64,000 nt of DNA from a virus (lineage: Duplodnaviria; Caudoviricetes): positions 1,147-65,146 of IMG/VR virus record IMGVR_UViG_3300025120_009952; one strand, given 5' to 3'. This document shows, piece by piece, positions 53,201-61,584 of this stretch. Position 1 is the first letter of the stretch. Each line of letters starts with the position of its first letter. Made by a program: the position numbers and the translations under genes. The notes below the pieces were generated by a model. It had not been told where the DNA came from. It made no database searches and saw only the letters and a list, made by a program, of their open reading frames with translations.

Positions 53201-53737
53201 AATGTTGTCTTGAATTGCAGGTGAACCAAATTTTTGTGTGCCACTTAATGATGCGTTGAAGACTGCTATAAATTGTTCTAACCAATTCGAATTGGTAGGG
53301 TCGCTCCAACTGATGACTGAGTTAGATAGATCTGCTCCTGAGGAATCTGTAATTGATTCTGTTGTGCTTACACTTGTGACTTTTATAAGTCCACTGCCTG
53401 TTTGATTTCTTTTTGGCACATAACTTAATAGTCTTGCTAATCTTAAAATACTGTCACGTCTTTGTGCTGTATCGATGAAATTTTCTCTTGCGTTTAAATC
53501 AGTTCTGAATGATAAGTTTTGACCTAGATATGCAATTAAATCTATCAGTGCAATATACTCTGATGATTCAATATAATCATTGAAATCCTCTGGATAGTTA
53601 TTTTGCAAATACTGTATCATAGTTCTACGAAGAGTGTCAAAATCGTAGGATGCAAAATCACTTTGCTGGAAAGATCTGTAGATCTTCTGCCAGTCTTGTG
53701 ATACTAGTAAACTATTTTGTCTATCTGTTGTGGCCAT
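50207..53737 (-). CDS. baseplate wedge subunit, T4 gp6-like
   Basis: DFDTLR..MI.YL, NDYIESSE, ENFIDTAQRRDSILRLARLLSY.PKR, R..TAEDY. Confidence 0.85.
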   Translation of the reverse strand: MATTDRQNSLLVSQDWQKIYRSFQQSDFASYDFDTLRRTMIQYLQNNYPEDFNDYIESSEYIALIDLIAYLGQNLSFRTDLNARENFIDTAQRRDSILRLARLLSYVPKRNQTGSGLIKVTSVSTTESITDSSGADLSNSVISWSDPTNSNWLEQFIAVFNASLSGTQKFGSPAIQDNIGGIVTHQYKFATTNNDVPVLKFTRNVNSQPMPFEIVSATFRNQNYIYEESPIPGNRLGMLYRADGKGNSSENTGFFMLFKQGDLGFSEFTVSNPSPNTTVSIDKNNINNSDVWLYDLTQNGTIDNAWTKIPAITGNNAIYNSLSESVRKIFSVNTRANDAVDLVFADGVFGENPNGLFRAYYRSSINATYTIRPRDMRGVTASVQYRNAKGQLNTLTVTMDLQTTVDNAVATESNLDIKTKAPQAYYSNNRMTTAEDYQIVPLTQFQGIAKTKAVNRTASGISRYYDLIDPTGAYSSTNIFADEGLVYREFVEPTTTFSYQSNSEIQGIIANTINPTLKSVGVRDFYYDKYTRQSTGSNYTWTLSTEATNTYSGYFSETGPLAVGDYTTNNLKYVKPGALIKFEAPAGKHFMANGTLMSGAVGHAGSQSVIWTKVVSVKQDGANYGKGNFTDGTGPIILSDKVPSTAIIKEVIPAFAINTTSIIESTMIDAIKNFENFGLTFDIDTNAWEFISETNLNADGTFDLGFQGNTSGANRDASWLLKFTATNQVYTMKTRNLNYVFRSASKNRFFYDEDQKIFNATTGKVVRDQVKVLKFNTMPDSTVQLSEDYAFAIVGNRVLSTGFNDTREVAVSFNDSDDDGVVDNPDLFSSVVNPTKNESAKYVYFKRDVSKASDYYDVVASTDFVLSSGGTGVDLTQYSNGQLFHFYNSSTIQQYDSSKGALVDVSDDYKADIGRDSLNYNYEHAARYDRRIDPSVSNLIDLHILTTAYDTEFRQWIYNGQIGTAPASPSTAALRTSYDPTLSTYKNVSDEIVYRPVKYKLLFGPNADGTLQATFKVVKNTALTVTDNDIKTSVINAINNYFSLNNWTFGDSFFYTELSTYIHNALAPKISSIVIVPNKQDTAFGSLFQIESNSDEIFVSGATVDDVEIIPSISQGNIKASGTVITSATTTSSTASATAGGSVSTTTNTTTTSSSSASGSSSSSGSSSSSGSGSGY
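50229..50282. repeat. 18-bp tandem repeat encoding the Ser/Gly tail of gp6
   Basis: GATGAACTTGATGATCCC at 50229-50246 and 50247-50264, plus a degenerate third copy. Confidence 0.85.
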
Positions 53738-53747
53738 GTTATGTGTG

Positions 53748-53773
53748 TATTTATTTTAGGAATAATATGCGTA
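53748..53773 (-). promoter_or_regulatory. bipartite late-type promoter TACGCA-N14-TAAATA
   Basis: Upstream of gp6; same spacing as at 61484-61509. Confidence 0.6.
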
Positions 53774-53777
53774 CTTA

Positions 53778-54260
53778 TTAGTATGCCGATGGCACACTGG
53801 TATTGGCGCCTGCTTCTATTGGATTTGATGTCACATTCAGGCCTTGTTCTTGGTCAAATGCAAGTGATAGTGACTCTCCTATGTTGTATGGAATATATGT
53901 AATGTCTAGAGAAATGTTTAAGCCAAACTCTTGTTGTTGTATTCTTAGTGTGTCCAGACGCCATCTAGGGTCTCTGCCAACTACTTCTAACACATCTTCT
54001 TCAACAGATTTGCTTAGGTCTGATGTAAAAGGCTCAAACAGCAAATCCCACACAATAGTACCATAATCAGGCAATTCTAACTTTTCACCTTTTTTGATGT
54101 AAAATGCGTTCAACAAGTCTGTCCTAGCAAGTTCATAATCATAAAGTGTGTTGGAATCAAAATCCCTATTCACAGTGCTAAAACCCACATAACTTTTAAG
54201 ATTACGAGATTGTGCTAATGAGTCGCCTGTTGTAGTCTTTGTTAATTTTACTTTTGCCAT
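53778..54260 (-). CDS. baseplate wedge subunit gp25-like
   Basis: DLLNAF..KKGE...PDYG..VWDLLFEP...DPR; start set at MAKVK (54260). Confidence 0.88.
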   Translation of the reverse strand: MAKVKLTKTTTGDSLAQSRNLKSYVGFSTVNRDFDSNTLYDYELARTDLLNAFYIKKGEKLELPDYGTIVWDLLFEPFTSDLSKSVEEDVLEVVGRDPRWRLDTLRIQQQEFGLNISLDITYIPYNIGESLSLAFDQEQGLNVTSNPIEAGANTSVPSAY

Positions 54261-54261
54261 A

Positions 54262-54537
54262 TTATCCTGCGTTTGTATCTCCGGAACCTGCCACATGTGG
54301 ATGTCCACAGTTGGCATTATCACCTTGTCTTATCACAAACTTGCCTCCTGCTTTGACAGTGCTTGAACTGTCCACAGTGCTCATCGGTGCCGCGTGTACG
54401 GCTATGCCGTGTCCAACATGTGGACCATCGCCTTTAACATTAATGGGTGCTCCGTTTACAATCACGTTGCTCACTTGCCCATTGGCCAGTGTGCCCCCTT
54501 GTATGTTGCTTACCCCTATTTTTGTTATTGCTGGCAT
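54262..54537 (-). CDS. PAAR-repeat spike tip protein (gp5.4-like)
   Basis: MPAI..IG, V.VNG.P....GD, H..H...H, V.RQGD.A.CGH. Confidence 0.85.
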   Translation of the reverse strand: MPAITKIGVSNIQGGTLANGQVSNVIVNGAPINVKGDGPHVGHGIAVHAAPMSTVDSSSTVKAGGKFVIRQGDNANCGHPHVAGSGDTNAG

Positions 54538-54544
54538 ACTGTAT

Positions 54545-56431
54545 TTACGTCCTTGTGCTTAGGTCATTTGGTGACTTTTTATCTTTGAGTGGGTTTAAAT
54601 ACTCTCTGTCTGTCCTGTCTCTAGTTACGAGGCTTCTAACTTTATCCTCATGCAACGACCATTCTTCATGCATAGGTATCCTTTTCATAATTGAAGTTAA
54701 TTGCAACTTGTTGCCTTGTGCTGTAACTGATCTTGAATCTGTACGATAAGGAAACACATACTGTGAATCTGTCGCGGGTCCAACGTGTACTCTTAGTGGT
54801 TCTATAGTGGCCTGCTCTGCTGTTGCTGATGCTCCTGCTGTGGTTATAGCAACTGTGCCTGAGTTCAAATTGATTGTACCGCCATCTATGTCCGTGCCTG
54901 CATTTGAAACTTGCAGTTTTGCAGTGCTTTTCAATGAAGTGTCGCCAACACTGTCCACGTTAACTTTGCCTGTTGTTTGCAAATTAAAATTGCCTGCCAC
55001 ACTGTCTGCGTCTGTAACTGCTTGTAGATTTATGTTTGATGTCAAACTGTCATCTTTGTTTGCAGTATTTCCTACCAACACATCAACATCACCTGTGGCA
55101 TGTATCCTTACGTCTTTTCTTGGAATCACAACATCGTCCTCTTTTCGTCCTACTTGGGTGGCCCTTATATCCACATTGCCACGCAATGATTCCATTTTGA
55201 AATCTTGGTTGACTTCAATCCTGCCTTCACCATTTGCCTTGATGTGTGTTTCGCCTGCTGATTCTAATCTTATTGCACCTGTGCTGACGTTGTCTAGTTC
55301 CTTATCATGAAATGCGTTGACGTCGTTTCTTGTTGTGCCGTCCGCTTTCATGTTGATGTTCCTGCCTGCCTCTATGTTGACATCTCTGTCTGCCCTAAAG
55401 TTGAAATCTTGTTTGGTATGCACACTCACAGAGTCGCTCGCAAATATATCAATCTTGCCATCTTTAGTGAATTCCATCCATGAGTTGCCATCTGCAGAAC
55501 CAATGTAAATTAATCCTTCTGTGTCGTGCATCACTATCTGATGTCCAGTGCGTGTCCTTAGTCTGATAAGTTCATTTGATTTTACACCAATTGTTTGGTT
55601 GTCAACGTTTGTTTGTGGTGTTCCGTCATCCATGACAAATGTGTGTCCACCTTGTCTTGAGTTGGCTCTTTTAATTACTCTGCCGTCCTTGTCTTGTATG
55701 GCACCATGAAGGTTACCTACATCTGGATTGTTAGATATCTGTCCAAACAAATCCACTGGCCCTGGAGTCGAAATACCAAACACTTGTGATGGTGATTCTC
55801 TCCTTCCGGAAGATGATGTGTTGCCTCTTACATTGTCGTTGGCCAACCCTTGTTCAATCAGCCTGTCCACAAATGGATGCACTGGTTTCCTAGTGGTGTC
55901 CGGAGTGGTCCTGACAGATTCTGCCTTGTTGAATTCCGTTGTTGGCGTTGCACTTATTTTTTGTTGTATCAGTTCAGAGTCATAATCTGCACTGTCCTCG
56001 TCTACGTCTTTTAACCTAGTAGATGGGTTGCCAGGTAGCATGTTGTTCATGTATAGGTCTACTGGGTATCCTATGATGTACCCTTTGCTGAGATCACCTT
56101 CTTCGAACATAACTGCACACTGTGTTTCGATGTCAGGTGGTGGCATCCACATACCATATGACTTTTGTGAATCACTCCAATCCTTACTGCCGGGTTTTGT
56201 AAGATTACCCGGTGTGACCCCGTAGAATGGAGTCAAGTATCTCACTGTGATCCATGTGTCAGGATTGGCTTCCTGTCCACCGAATGCCGAAACGAAGACT
56301 TTGATCCTTCCGTTGCGTTCCTGGTCTGTGGTGTTCTTCACTTTCGCTATGTACAGTGCATGACTGGCCACACGATTGCTAGATGTTATAAAATCTCTAT
56401 TTGGTTTATTGGTAAATTTTTCTGTTGCCAT
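54545..56431 (-). CDS. baseplate central spike, gp5/VgrG-like (no lysozyme domain seen)
   Basis: N-terminal OB-fold (D....GRIKV, SYGMW.PPPD), GH.FVMDDG, RLRTRTGHQI..HD, beta-helix repeats, IDGGTINLNSG. Confidence 0.82.
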   Translation of the reverse strand: MATEKFTNKPNRDFITSSNRVASHALYIAKVKNTTDQERNGRIKVFVSAFGGQEANPDTWITVRYLTPFYGVTPGNLTKPGSKDWSDSQKSYGMWMPPPDIETQCAVMFEEGDLSKGYIIGYPVDLYMNNMLPGNPSTRLKDVDEDSADYDSELIQQKISATPTTEFNKAESVRTTPDTTRKPVHPFVDRLIEQGLANDNVRGNTSSSGRRESPSQVFGISTPGPVDLFGQISNNPDVGNLHGAIQDKDGRVIKRANSRQGGHTFVMDDGTPQTNVDNQTIGVKSNELIRLRTRTGHQIVMHDTEGLIYIGSADGNSWMEFTKDGKIDIFASDSVSVHTKQDFNFRADRDVNIEAGRNINMKADGTTRNDVNAFHDKELDNVSTGAIRLESAGETHIKANGEGRIEVNQDFKMESLRGNVDIRATQVGRKEDDVVIPRKDVRIHATGDVDVLVGNTANKDDSLTSNINLQAVTDADSVAGNFNLQTTGKVNVDSVGDTSLKSTAKLQVSNAGTDIDGGTINLNSGTVAITTAGASATAEQATIEPLRVHVGPATDSQYVFPYRTDSRSVTAQGNKLQLTSIMKRIPMHEEWSLHEDKVRSLVTRDRTDREYLNPLKDKKSPNDLSTRT

Positions 56432-59400
56432 TATCTTGCTTCTTTGGTCCTTTCACCGACGTCAAATGCAGGCGTATAGACATCACGACCAACACTGCTT
56501 TTGCTCTTGGTATAGAATCCGTTTTCTACCTGCCATTCTCTTTTCTTCCTGTAACATTCACTTTTGCCTCCTCCAGCATCTAGACAGGCATCTTCAACTC
56601 TTTTGCCTTGTCTGAATGACGCATCACCTGGGCTCACAGTAACGAATGTTACTCCAGTCGATTGATCGAACTCAGGATTTGATTTGCCCTCGTAGTATTC
56701 TTCCTTAGTTAGTCCGTCATATTTGTCGTAGCCGGCTTTTTTCTCCTCGGCAATATATTCTGTGACTTCTCCACCTGATACAGTTTCCTCTGTCACAGTC
56801 TTGGTCCTTTTGTCGCCCTCTATTGCTGTTGTTTCAGTAATAGTCCTGTTGCCCACTTTCGTCACCGTGGTGCTAGTTGCCACACTTGCTCCTGCTGGAC
56901 CGTATGTGTCGCCGACACCTTGATTAGGAGATAAAGGATTGTATATGTCTTTGAATCCACCATCTGACTTGAGGCCAGATACTGTGCTGGTTTGCGTGTG
57001 TGTCTGATCGTTGTTCGATGCCAATACAGTGTCTGCATTGTTGCTGTAATTGTTTTGGTCAGATGCTGTGCCACCTGAATTCGTTGATGCTGTGTCACTT
57101 GTAGTACCACTCTCACCTGCACTGTTATTCAACATCCTAACGATGTTGTTAATGTAAAGGCCACTCCTGATGGTTGCTTCTGTCGGTGTTTCTACTTCTG
57201 TCTTACTGCCTGTTTCGAATGTGTCAGGGGATGCTGGTGCTATGCCTTGTCCTCCTGCGACTCCGTTCGTCATGCCAGTTTCTTGTGCTTTAGGTTGCTC
57301 AAGTTCTTGGTGTCTACATCTCACCATGCCTAGTTGCTGTGTGAATCTGCCTTCTTCGAAATTACTGTTCACTGATATCAGTCTGTAGAATCCACCAAAG
57401 AATGATGTATCATACTTTCCGCTACCTTGTAGACCTGCCATCAGTCCTGTCTCATCATCGATGTCTGTTGGAGTCTTAAAATTAACCTTCACATAGACCT
57501 GCCCGTTGTTAGCGTCGATCGATCCATCTTCCAGTTCGTATGCGTTTGCCTCACTGCGTGGAAGTACGTTTGGATTGAAGTCTTCTTGTGCCAAATAGTA
57601 AGGATCGCCCAATATGTCCATTTCTAAATTGATTAAATCTGCCTGTGGGTCTGACAGTTGTTTCTTAATTATGGATGCTGTTTTGTATCCAGGAACTGCT
57701 CCTAGTTCACCACCTTGTGTTTCCGACCTAGTGTCAGTATCAGTGATCTTGGTTTCTACAACTGCAAGTCCTTTGTCAAGTGCCTTGTCTCCTGCTTCAC
57801 TTTCACCATAGTTCTTTGTAAGCACCGACGTCTTTGTTATTTTGTCATTTGTACTGCCAGGTGTCTTGTCTGGTTGTGCGGCAGTGGCGGCAAAGAAAGC
57901 AAAGTTGTATTGTAGATCAAAATTCAGGATGTCTCTATTCTTGCCTGTGTAGATGTAATCATATTCTCTCCCAACTTCCTTGACATTTATTTTCACACTA
58001 GGATCTGAGTTGGGCAGGGCCACATATTGGTCAACCCAGTATGGGCGTACTATGAACTTGTTTGGTGTGGCACTGTCGTTAGCATCAATCCATTTGTAGT
58101 CGATCTTGTACCATGGCACTTCGCCATATGAGTTTACATCCACATTCATTGTCTCGTCAGTACTGAACTGACGCATGATGTAATTACTTGAATCTATAAT
58201 GGCTTGTATTATGCTGAGTACTGGTGTACCCGCGTTATAGGTATAGACTCTAGTGCCGTAATTGTCATTAAATTTAACTTTGCTAAGATCACCGAACCCT
58301 TGATCATTGCTGACTTCAGTGTTAAGTTTTCCTTCAGCGTTGAGATCAAAACTTACTTTGTTGGCAGAACTAGAAAATGCGTCATGGTTCATTGTTGATT
58401 TAAACAATTCTACTGCCAATTTGGAATCTGCGCCTCCACCTGTGAGCAGTATGTCTGAGAATGGCACTTGGCCTGTCACAGTATTTCCCTCATACAATCC
58501 AGTGTTGTATCCTTCTACATCGGAATCCTCTTTTCCTGGTGTAGTACCATACTTGAAAGGTTTGCCCACAATTTTCAGATCATAACCTTCCTTGTTGGTT
58601 TTGATCTTAGGTTGCTCATTCAATTGATCCTGTAGATTGTATATCAATTCTCCCACTGTGGCTCCTTTGATGTTGATTGGTTGATCAATCTTTGCCCTGT
58701 TGTCTGATAATGTGTTGGCATTGTATGGCACTGCTGAGAAATTGTATTCAGTACCTCCACCCGTGACGTTGAATTGGCAGTTTATAATCTTCATTGGAAA
58801 ATATTTTTCCACACCAGAATCAGATGGTTTGCCTTCATCGTCCATGCCGTAAAATTTTAGTTTCAGCAAGTATATCGCTTGTAGGTAATTCGCATGTCTT
58901 GCCTGCACAGCGGCATCATGCAAGTCGTCTAACAGCGATGCACCAAATGGTTCGAACACTGTGAATTCAATATTGTGTACGTTTGATGTCACAGTAGCAG
59001 AGTTCAACCCAATCACACTGCTGAGTTGCATATTTCTTACATGATAATTTAATTGTGAACCTGGTGCTAGTTGCGGACCTGCTTCTGGCAGTCCACTTGT
59101 CTTTATAATAATTCGTCTGTTGGACCATATGCTGAATTTACCTGATGCATACTGTCCTTTGGTCAGTACCGACAGTTGGAATTCATATGTTGAAGGTTCT
59201 AATCCATACAAAATGTTTTCACCTACATTTCTTGTGGACATCACTGTCTTTTGTTTTCTTTTCTTTTGTGCTGTTTTAGTGCCTTCGACCACATCTGATT
59301 CACCTGTTTCGCCGACTGAAACTTCTTTGTTGTCATCTATTTGTACAGGAGTTTCTAGGAACCCCGGTGGTGCCTGTGTGTTGCCATACTCAGGTGTGCC

Positions 59401-60222
59401 TGTGGCACTCTGTGCCACTCCGGCTTCTGCCACCCTGTTCTCTCCTGTGAATGTCTTGGTCGCCGGTGCGTCGAATGTTTTTACAGTAGGTGTTTGTCCG
59501 GCCGCTTGGTTGTTGGTCAAACTCTCTTTAACATTTGGTGCGTTGATGACTGGTTTTGTTTCTACCACTGGTGCAGTTTTTTGTGTAACACTGCCGGTAC
59601 GCCTTTGTGTAACACTGCCGTTGTATGTGTTTGTATTCACTGCTGGTGCAGTTTTTTGAGTGATATCGATTGAGTTTGGTTTGACTGGTGTGTTCACCTG
59701 TCTGATGTGGTTTGCGATCTTCTGTTCTTTCTGTAATATTTGATTGTTGTATACGTTCTTATTTTGTGTGGGCAGTTTGTCCCACTCTTTGTTCTTGATC
59801 ATTGCTGTTTTCTGATTTTCCAATTTCACAAGATCGTTAAGTTGTGTCTTTACTTCGGGTGCCTCGAAAGTTTTTTGGTCCAGTTTAATCACTGGTTGAT
59901 CCACAGGAATATTTTGCTCTCCTGTGAAAACATTTTGGTGATTGCTCTGCGTCTCTACATATTTTTTGTTTGCTTTGATGTCCGAGTTTGTCGCACTGCC
60001 ATCAGTGTAATATGACTTGCTCCAATCTTTCTTTTCCGTTTTCTCGCCATAGCCTAATTCTTCCAGTGTGGTCAGTTCTGTCTCATTGCCTGTGATGTAA
60101 TTGTATGCATCAGCGGCAGTGTCTTTGAGTTCACCACTTTTAATATATGCGTAGGCGGCCGCCAGTGAAGTGAAAGCAAATGCGCCTACATAATAGACTG
60201 GTACTGCAACTATGGGTGCCAT
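56431..60222 (-). CDS. large baseplate hub-like protein with low-complexity N- and C-terminal extensions
   Basis: Lies between the gp53-like and gp5-like genes; FEPFGAS, EYDYIYTGKN.DIL.FD, ILGDPYY, G.Y....V...F..G.FTQ.L. Confidence 0.65.
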   Translation of the reverse strand: MAPIVAVPVYYVGAFAFTSLAAAYAYIKSGELKDTAADAYNYITGNETELTTLEELGYGEKTEKKDWSKSYYTDGSATNSDIKANKKYVETQSNHQNVFTGEQNIPVDQPVIKLDQKTFEAPEVKTQLNDLVKLENQKTAMIKNKEWDKLPTQNKNVYNNQILQKEQKIANHIRQVNTPVKPNSIDITQKTAPAVNTNTYNGSVTQRRTGSVTQKTAPVVETKPVINAPNVKESLTNNQAAGQTPTVKTFDAPATKTFTGENRVAEAGVAQSATGTPEYGNTQAPPGFLETPVQIDDNKEVSVGETGESDVVEGTKTAQKKRKQKTVMSTRNVGENILYGLEPSTYEFQLSVLTKGQYASGKFSIWSNRRIIIKTSGLPEAGPQLAPGSQLNYHVRNMQLSSVIGLNSATVTSNVHNIEFTVFEPFGASLLDDLHDAAVQARHANYLQAIYLLKLKFYGMDDEGKPSDSGVEKYFPMKIINCQFNVTGGGTEYNFSAVPYNANTLSDNRAKIDQPINIKGATVGELIYNLQDQLNEQPKIKTNKEGYDLKIVGKPFKYGTTPGKEDSDVEGYNTGLYEGNTVTGQVPFSDILLTGGGADSKLAVELFKSTMNHDAFSSSANKVSFDLNAEGKLNTEVSNDQGFGDLSKVKFNDNYGTRVYTYNAGTPVLSIIQAIIDSSNYIMRQFSTDETMNVDVNSYGEVPWYKIDYKWIDANDSATPNKFIVRPYWVDQYVALPNSDPSVKINVKEVGREYDYIYTGKNRDILNFDLQYNFAFFAATAAQPDKTPGSTNDKITKTSVLTKNYGESEAGDKALDKGLAVVETKITDTDTRSETQGGELGAVPGYKTASIIKKQLSDPQADLINLEMDILGDPYYLAQEDFNPNVLPRSEANAYELEDGSIDANNGQVYVKVNFKTPTDIDDETGLMAGLQGSGKYDTSFFGGFYRLISVNSNFEEGRFTQQLGMVRCRHQELEQPKAQETGMTNGVAGGQGIAPASPDTFETGSKTEVETPTEATIRSGLYINNIVRMLNNSAGESGTTSDTASTNSGGTASDQNNYSNNADTVLASNNDQTHTQTSTVSGLKSDGGFKDIYNPLSPNQGVGDTYGPAGASVATSTTVTKVGNRTITETTAIEGDKRTKTVTEETVSGGEVTEYIAEEKKAGYDKYDGLTKEEYYEGKSNPEFDQSTGVTFVTVSPGDASFRQGKRVEDACLDAGGGKSECYRKKREWQVENGFYTKSKSSVGRDVYTPAFDVGERTKEAR
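59568..59658. repeat. short direct repeats in the hub N-terminal linker
   Basis: TTTGTGTAACACTGCCG at 59580-59596 and 59604-59620; CTGGTGCAGTTTTTTG at 59568-59583 and 59643-59658. Confidence 0.75.
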
Positions 60223-60223
60223 G

Positions 60224-60523
60224 TTATGCTCCTAGGCCTGCGTCAATGTCATCCTGTCTTGGTATTCTTATGATGGTGCCCTCTACAAAGTCGTTAACAG
60301 GATCTTTGAGTGTGTCTGGATTTCTCTCAGTGAACACCCACCATAGTTTGGCGTTGCCGTATAAATCGTGTGCTAGAAGGTCTGGTCTTAGACTGTAAAA
60401 TCTATCGATCTTGTATTCTATGTCGTCATTGTTGAAATCAAATGAGCGTGGTTGGTATATGCCCAAGTATCCACTGCCTTGTGGTGTGCGGGCATAGGGT
60501 GATGTTGATGCGTACTTGGCCAT
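60224..60523 (-). CDS. LysM-like baseplate wedge protein (gp53-like)
   Basis: RPDLLAHDLYG...LWWVF..RN.....P..F..G..I.IP. Confidence 0.85.
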   Translation of the reverse strand: MAKYASTSPYARTPQGSGYLGIYQPRSFDFNNDDIEYKIDRFYSLRPDLLAHDLYGNAKLWWVFTERNPDTLKDPVNDFVEGTIIRIPRQDDIDAGLGA

Positions 60524-61476
60524 TAAATAAATCCATCCTTGGCCAATGTGCCGTTTGCAAAATCTTTCAAGTTGAACTTTTCTTTTATTTTCTTGCGTGA
60601 ATAAACTGGTTGTACCAATACTGTGAAAACTGAATCTGTCGGTACCCTGGTTACCACGCCTCCACTGTTTGCACCAACAGGAGTCCTGTTGTTTGCTTGT
60701 TCTATTCCTGGTTGTCTGCTGGATCCTGATGATTTGGTTCGTTGTTGAGTGTTTGCATTGGTTTTAGGTCCACCTCCACTCTGTGACGTGACAGAGATGT
60801 AATCAACCGATTCTCTCAATTCAATGGTAACTTGTTCAATAATCACAGGCACATCTTTGAATATGTGTTCTCCATAACCATTCAGTCTCAATATCTGTGG
60901 TGGATTACCTTGCGATTCTCCCGGACCGTAAAACATTTTTGATACGGAACGTAAAAAATGTAGAGCCGCTATCCAATAAGCACCATCCCTTGAATTCTGC
61001 ACAGGCATATTACCTATAATACTCATTGCATCAACTCTGCTGTTGTTGTATGCGTAGTATGGATAATTTGCGTGGGTCACTTCTTGTGGCACATAGGTTG
61101 CACTCTGTTGTAGAATTATAGTTGGTGTCACAGGAAAACACAAACCATTTGTTGCCGCCAATGGTGCCATGATCGGAGATTCTTTGTAGAATCCATTTGC
61201 CGCTGGTGGCAGACTAAGTTTGACACGCCAGTCACTTTCGCCTGCGGCATCGCCACTGATTATTTGTGGTTGGGTTGGTGTCCTACCTGTTTTGCCCATT
61301 ATTCCGCCCAAAGGTAGATTAGCAAGATTTAATCTTGCTGAACTCTTGTTGCCCATTGAGAATCCAGTGCCTGTTGCGGCCTTGAACCCTCCTAGTGCCT
61401 GACCTAAATCGGAACTGAACTTCCCGCCCTCATGGGCAAAGTGTTCTTTCATTCCTGCATTTTTTAATTCTGCCAT
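60523..61476 (-). CDS. tail tube initiator / baseplate-tube junction protein (gp48/gp54-like)
   Basis: FP.TP.I, H.NY..Y.Y.NS, HFLRS..KMFYG, PPQILRLNGYG...F..VPV; start set at MAELK (61476). Confidence 0.7.
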   Translation of the reverse strand: MAELKNAGMKEHFAHEGGKFSSDLGQALGGFKAATGTGFSMGNKSSARLNLANLPLGGIMGKTGRTPTQPQIISGDAAGESDWRVKLSLPPAANGFYKESPIMAPLAATNGLCFPVTPTIILQQSATYVPQEVTHANYPYYAYNNSRVDAMSIIGNMPVQNSRDGAYWIAALHFLRSVSKMFYGPGESQGNPPQILRLNGYGEHIFKDVPVIIEQVTIELRESVDYISVTSQSGGGPKTNANTQQRTKSSGSSRQPGIEQANNRTPVGANSGGVVTRVPTDSVFTVLVQPVYSRKKIKEKFNLKDFANGTLAKDGFI

Positions 61477-61483
61477 AACAGTG

Positions 61484-61509
61484 TATTTATTGCAATCAAA
61501 ATGTGCGTA
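61484..61509 (-). promoter_or_regulatory. bipartite late-type promoter TACGCA-N14-TAAATA heading the structural operon
   Basis: TAAATA ends 7 nt before the ATG at 61476; no SD. Confidence 0.6.
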
Positions 61510-61561
61510 TATTATTGATTTTTTGGTTGCAGAATTGTTGCAGATACCATACACTTAATAC

Positions 61562-61569
61562 TATAAATA
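61562..61569 (+). promoter_or_regulatory. TATAAATA late promoter upstream of the late sigma gene
   Basis: Exact T4 late consensus 15 nt before the ATG at 61585. Confidence 0.55.
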
Positions 61570-61584
61570 TAGAAAGATACACTT

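Noticed and set aside
29444-60398. Many plus-strand ORFs of 60-244 aa opposite the structural genes
   Set aside because: They are antisense shadows of Thr/Ser/Gly/Ala-rich real genes, with no SD or recognisable motifs.
50207-61476. PAAR + VgrG-like + gp25 + LysM + gp6 read as a bacterial T6SS or eCIS
   Set aside because: The flanking gp55, gp47, gp46 and Rnh genes and T4-type late promoters show it is a myovirus baseplate module; no TssJLM or ClpV genes are present.
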